Shown: one piece after another, positions 60,370 through 64,000 of the stretch
Position numbering within the stretch: the stretch's first letter is position 1
Layout of the letters: each line of letters opens with the position of its first letter
Source of the DNA: Flavobacteriales bacterium
GTDB taxonomy: Bacteria; Bacteroidota; Bacteroidia; Palsa-965
Length of the DNA stretch: 64,000 nt
Direction of reading: 5' to 3'
Assembly: GCA_040377305.1 (NCBI GenBank)
Contig: JBEIPA010000011.1
Span: 1 to 64,000 of the forward strand
The notes under the pieces: generated by a model
What the model saw: the letters and a program-made list of their open reading frames with translations, nothing else
What the model was told of the DNA's origin: nothing
Database searches by the model: none
Translations under genes and position numbers: made by a program

Positions 60370-60944
60370 TTGATTTCAATATCACCTGTGTGTCTCAGCT
60401 TTACGATCGTGCGGCTCTCAAAATTATGACCGCGGGAAACTATTTCTTTTACAGCGTGGAAAATTTCTTCCATTGCAGTTTCTCCAGCGGAATACGTGCC
60501 GGAAAGCAAGTAGATATGTTTTCCTGAAAGAAAATAATAGTTGGGGTATGCAGTGGTTCCTGGGTGATAAGGGTCATTTTCGTCGTATTCTCTCCCGGAA
60601 ATCTGAGCAAGTTCTTCACACTTTAATTCAAACGAAGTATTCGCAAAGTGAAAAGATCTGTACTCGTAAACCTGCAAAGTAACATCGCTAAAAGTATTTC
60701 TTGCCGAATCACTTTCGGGATTTATGATGAATGTACTAACACGAATGAGGCTGTCAGAATTAGCAGGATAATCTTTTGTACTCAAACTCACCATATAGTA
60801 TTTTGATAAATCTGAAAGCAGGCTGTCATTTTCAATGACTGGCCATGAGTTATGTATTCTGTTGTCCACTTCGACAACTTTAGCGCCGCACGCGGAGAAT
60901 AATAGCGCTAGAATAATTCCAAATGCTAACGACAAACTTCGCAT
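60366..60944 (-). CDS. Lipoprotein
   Basis: Lipobox FSAC. Confidence 0.65.
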   Translation of the reverse strand: MRSLSLAFGIILALLFSACGAKVVEVDNRIHNSWPVIENDSLLSDLSKYYMVSLSTKDYPANSDSLIRVSTFIINPESDSARNTFSDVTLQVYEYRSFHFANTSFELKCEELAQISGREYDENDPYHPGTTAYPNYYFLSGKHIYLLSGTYSAGETAMEEIFHAVKEIVSRGHNFESRTIVKLRHTGDIEIN

Positions 60945-61063
60945 GGATCAATGAAGTTTACAATGTTTCTATCGACTGATAGTAGCGCCTTGTAAATGTG
61001 CATGTAAAGTTAGTTAACTTTCATTGCCAGAACCTCACAGCGCAAGAGACAAAAGTAGACCTA

Positions 61064-62161
61064 ATGCCAATCATTTCAATGAGATTCACTGTTCCGCTTT
61101 TTAATAAACAGAGATCCATATTCACCTGGATGTCTGCCATTGGCGTAGCTTCTGCGGTGGTTCAAACGTTTATTTTAATGAAGTATGTTTCTCTGGATTG
61201 GTGGCTTCTTCCCGTCATGTTCGTCACATCTTCAGTTGCTTTTCTTTTTTGCGCGATGACGATCAAAGTTTTTACCGGCAAAGAAAATCACGTCATGCTG
61301 CGCTACTTCATTGCAGTTATGCTGCTCAATTATTTAGTTACAAGACTGCTGAACCTGCCAACACTTCTCTACCTGGATCTTCTTGCACTGGGATACGGAG
61401 CGATTGTTTTGTTCGGACGCACTGGATGTTTCATGGTAGGTTGTTGTCATGGCAAACCAAATTCCTGGGGCGTTTCTTACACGCATGCGCACGTGAAGGA
61501 GGGCTTTACGGAATATTATTCAGGTGTGCGATTGTTTCCTGTTCAGCTTGCGGAAGCTTGCGGTTTATTGCTGATTCTCGTTGCATGCGTCGCAGTCTTG
61601 TTATCTGGTTTTCCTGAAGGAGCAGTATTCACTGTATTCATTAGTCTTTATGGTGTATTGCGTTTTTCACTTGAGTTTTTCAGAGGAGATCCTGCGCGTC
61701 CTTATTGGCTTTCTTTTTCCGAAGCGCAGTGGACGATTCTACTAGTCAACATCTTTTTATTATGTGGCGCACTGTTTAATTGGTTTCCGATAGGGATGTG
61801 GCAAACTGCAATCAGTTACGGAATATTCCTGGCGTTGGTTGTTTTCGGTTTCGCTCGCGTGTTGAATCCTCGTTTTCGTTTTAGCGAGCCAAATCATGTG
61901 AAAGAAATCATGACTTTCAGATCCGAGAACGTGGGCGGAAACATCCGGGTGCTCACCACTTCGCAAGGATTAAATATTTCCGGCGTTCAGGTAGGTAATG
62001 AAACTCAATACACCTTGTCGCGCAACAAGAAGCAATTATCGCAAGACGACATTTTTCGATTGGCAGAAATACTTCAGTTACGTCATCACGAATCAAAGCC
62101 GGAAATTCATTCTCGGGACAATGGTGTATATCAGGTTGTTTTCAGGAAGAGTGCTGTTTGA
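61064..62161 (+). CDS. Prolipoprotein diacylglyceryl transferase (Lgt)-like membrane protein
   Basis: FGRTGCFMVGCCHG, PVQLAEA, YGVLRFSLEFFRGD, SEAQW; extra C-terminal soluble domain. Confidence 0.8.
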   Translation: MPIISMRFTVPLFNKQRSIFTWMSAIGVASAVVQTFILMKYVSLDWWLLPVMFVTSSVAFLFCAMTIKVFTGKENHVMLRYFIAVMLLNYLVTRLLNLPTLLYLDLLALGYGAIVLFGRTGCFMVGCCHGKPNSWGVSYTHAHVKEGFTEYYSGVRLFPVQLAEACGLLLILVACVAVLLSGFPEGAVFTVFISLYGVLRFSLEFFRGDPARPYWLSFSEAQWTILLVNIFLLCGALFNWFPIGMWQTAISYGIFLALVVFGFARVLNPRFRFSEPNHVKEIMTFRSENVGGNIRVLTTSQGLNISGVQVGNETQYTLSRNKKQLSQDDIFRLAEILQLRHHESKPEIHSRDNGVYQVVFRKSAV

Positions 62162-62445
62162 ACGTCGATGAGAGTATTGAATAGATTTTGTGCGCATAAC
62201 CAAACCTTCATTTGAAATTCAGCCCCATACATTGGAATTCGCGTAAATTGAGCCACATGGCATGGGTTTTGACTCTAAAAATGCGTGATTTTGAGGTTAT
62301 TTGTAAGTAATGTATGTTTGTACATATATTTGCATGACGAAGAGTAGGGCCTGATAAACTCGAAAAATTGCAGCACAATTTGTTCAGTTTATTCTGCCGA
62401 CTAATGATGACAAGAACAACGAACTACATAAACCCAATTAAAAAA

Positions 62446-63000
62446 ATGAAGACTAAAAACATTCTCATCGCTGCACTTGGAGTTGCATTCGCAGGCATAC
62501 TGATTTCAGCAAAGATCGTAGCTAACAAATGGAACGTTGCATCGAAAGAAGCAACTATTAAATGGGACATGCCCAACGGCAAACACCACGGTACGTTTGA
62601 AGGATTGGTTGGAACTTTTGAATTCAATCCGCTTGACCCGACTGCTGCAGTGCTCAAAGCAACTGTTGATGTGAACACAATTAAATCCGATGCTGGTGAT
62701 AAGCTTGACGGCCACCTGAAGACTGCAGATTTTTTCGACGCTGCGAATCATCCAACGATTGAGTTCAGCGCTGAAACAATTACGAAGAACGATACGGGTT
62801 ACGTTGCAACAGGTAAACTTCACCTGCGCGATTCAATCAAAACAGTTTCTGTTCCTTTCAAATTTATCCAGGACGGAAAGAAAGCAACATTTAAAGGTCG
62901 CATGGAAATCTGGGCGAGCGATTACGGAATCATGAAGAAGAGTGAGAAGAAAAATGATCTCGTTGTAATCGAAATCGAAGTTCCGGTATCTGAAGAGTAG
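62446..63000 (+). CDS. YceI-family protein
   Basis: Signal peptide; DGHLKTADFFDAANHPTIEF; GKLHLRD. Confidence 0.9.
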   Translation: MKTKNILIAALGVAFAGILISAKIVANKWNVASKEATIKWDMPNGKHHGTFEGLVGTFEFNPLDPTAAVLKATVDVNTIKSDAGDKLDGHLKTADFFDAANHPTIEFSAETITKNDTGYVATGKLHLRDSIKTVSVPFKFIQDGKKATFKGRMEIWASDYGIMKKSEKKNDLVVIEIEVPVSEE

Positions 63001-63035
63001 TTAACCACGCGCTTGGGCAAACAGGCGCAAAATGA

Positions 63036-63074
63036 GAAAAGCCCCGACTTTCATTAGGATCGTCGGGGCTTTTC
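63036..63074. terminator. Intrinsic terminator
   Basis: GAAAAGCCCCGAC...GTCGGGGCTTTTC perfect 13-bp stem. Confidence 0.8.
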
Positions 63075-63159
63075 GATGTGCCAATGTGCCAATGTGCCAA
63101 TGTGCCGATAGAATTGACCAATCAATCGGCACATCGGCACATCGGCATATCGGCACATC
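63075..63159. repeat. Inverted pair of octamer arrays (ATGTGCCA/G x4 ... CGGCACAT x4)
   Basis: 63076-63107 and 63127-63158. Confidence 0.85.
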
Positions 63160-63449
63160 ATGCTAGGTTTTTCTGCGAGCACCAGTGTCAGTACTCTCCA
63201 CTACAATTACTTGACCGGGTCTCTTTCCTTCTTTCGTAATCGAACGAATATATTGCTGCATATACGCCAACAGTGCAACATGTTCTGCATTCATCAGATT
63301 CAGTCCTCTCGATTCGCTGCTCATAGCTTTCCTTTCCGTTTAATGATTCTCTTTCTACATTAATAACGCAGGAAAGTGTATTTAGTTACAATGCCTGTGA
63401 AACTCGTGTGAGTTCATTAACAGAAATTATAGAATTCGCGACAGGTAAA

Positions 63450-64000
63450 CTAAGGATTGTTTTCAGTCTCGCTGATAAACTTCGCAGCAGACGTTCGCTT
63501 CCGGATTCCCCAGCTCAGTAAGATTATACCCGCGACTAGTACGAGCACAGGCAGTTTAAAGTCGGCGCGCACTTTCGCTTGCAGCGCTACTGCTGTCATT
63601 GGCAACCCAATCAACAGGCACACACCGCCGGCTACGATCAAACCGGCTCCGGTTGCACGCATGCGCTCGGGAATTTTCGCCGAGTGCATTTTATCGAGAT
63701 TGAATTCCTCTTTCAGTATGTGTTCGATTTCAACTTTCGACTTTCCTTGCGACTGCAGTTCCATGAATCGCCGTTCGATATTCTCTTCACTACGACTTTC
63801 ATACAACGACATGTTGTAAAGATTCACGCCCCGTTCTTTCAGATCAATTTTTATTTTCTCCGGATTTTCTCCTTTTTCCAATCGTTGGTTAATGAGAATG
63901 CGAACATCATCGGCACTTAAATGAGAGAGATCGCCTTTCGATTCAGTCTTAGGAGTAATGTGAGAAATCATTTCTTCGAGACCCCGCTCCTTCAAAACAT
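63450..64000 (-). CDS. Membrane hypothetical protein (5' end probably outside the window)
   Basis: Two C-terminal TMs; frame open to the window edge. Confidence 0.6.
   Translation of the reverse strand, partial: VLKERGLEEMISHITPKTESKGDLSHLSADDVRILINQRLEKGENPEKIKIDLKERGVNLYNMSLYESRSEENIERRFMELQSQGKSKVEIEHILKEEFNLDKMHSAKIPERMRATGAGLIVAGGVCLLIGLPMTAVALQAKVRADFKLPVLVLVAGIILLSWGIRKRTSAAKFISETENNP

Noticed and set aside
62330-62445. Fluoride riboswitch upstream of yceI
   Set aside because: Only a CTAATGA fragment resembles it; the 5' GATGG pseudoknot partner is absent

Overview
Bacteroidota chromosomal window, judged from T9SS C-terminal domains, TAnnTTTG-type promoter boxes and signal-peptide-rich genes. 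Left arm: TPR-PAS-SpoIIE phosphatase, a three-gene cluster of T9SS-secreted beta-propeller proteins, recJ, and a GxxExxY nuclease gene enclosed by 30-bp inverted repeats. Centre (11938-38457): a 26.5-kb tyrosine-integrase element bounded by a perfect 20-bp direct repeat (TTTATCCGTTTACAAACGTT). It carries a TonB receptor/PepSY-like/two-component module, HEPN- and PIN-like orphans, an excisionase-like module with iteron-like repeats, a Septu-like ATPase+HNH pair with two upstream genes, an XRE regulator facing about 750 nt of hairpin-dense non-coding DNA, and a second copy of the T9SS propeller pair (conserved N-half, divergent C-half). No relaxase, T4SS, primase or capsid genes were recognised in it. 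Right arm: large secreted and FN3 proteins, a SIR2-like gene, a collagen-like fibre with three small paralogues, a TPR-kinase/LuxR pair, GT2, a hydrolase, an eCIS-type AAA ATPase + DUF4157 toxin-like gene followed by lipoprotein/immunity-like genes and an Lgt-like gene, and YceI. No rRNA, tRNA or CRISPR array was seen. All protein assignments come from motif recognition by eye, not database searches.
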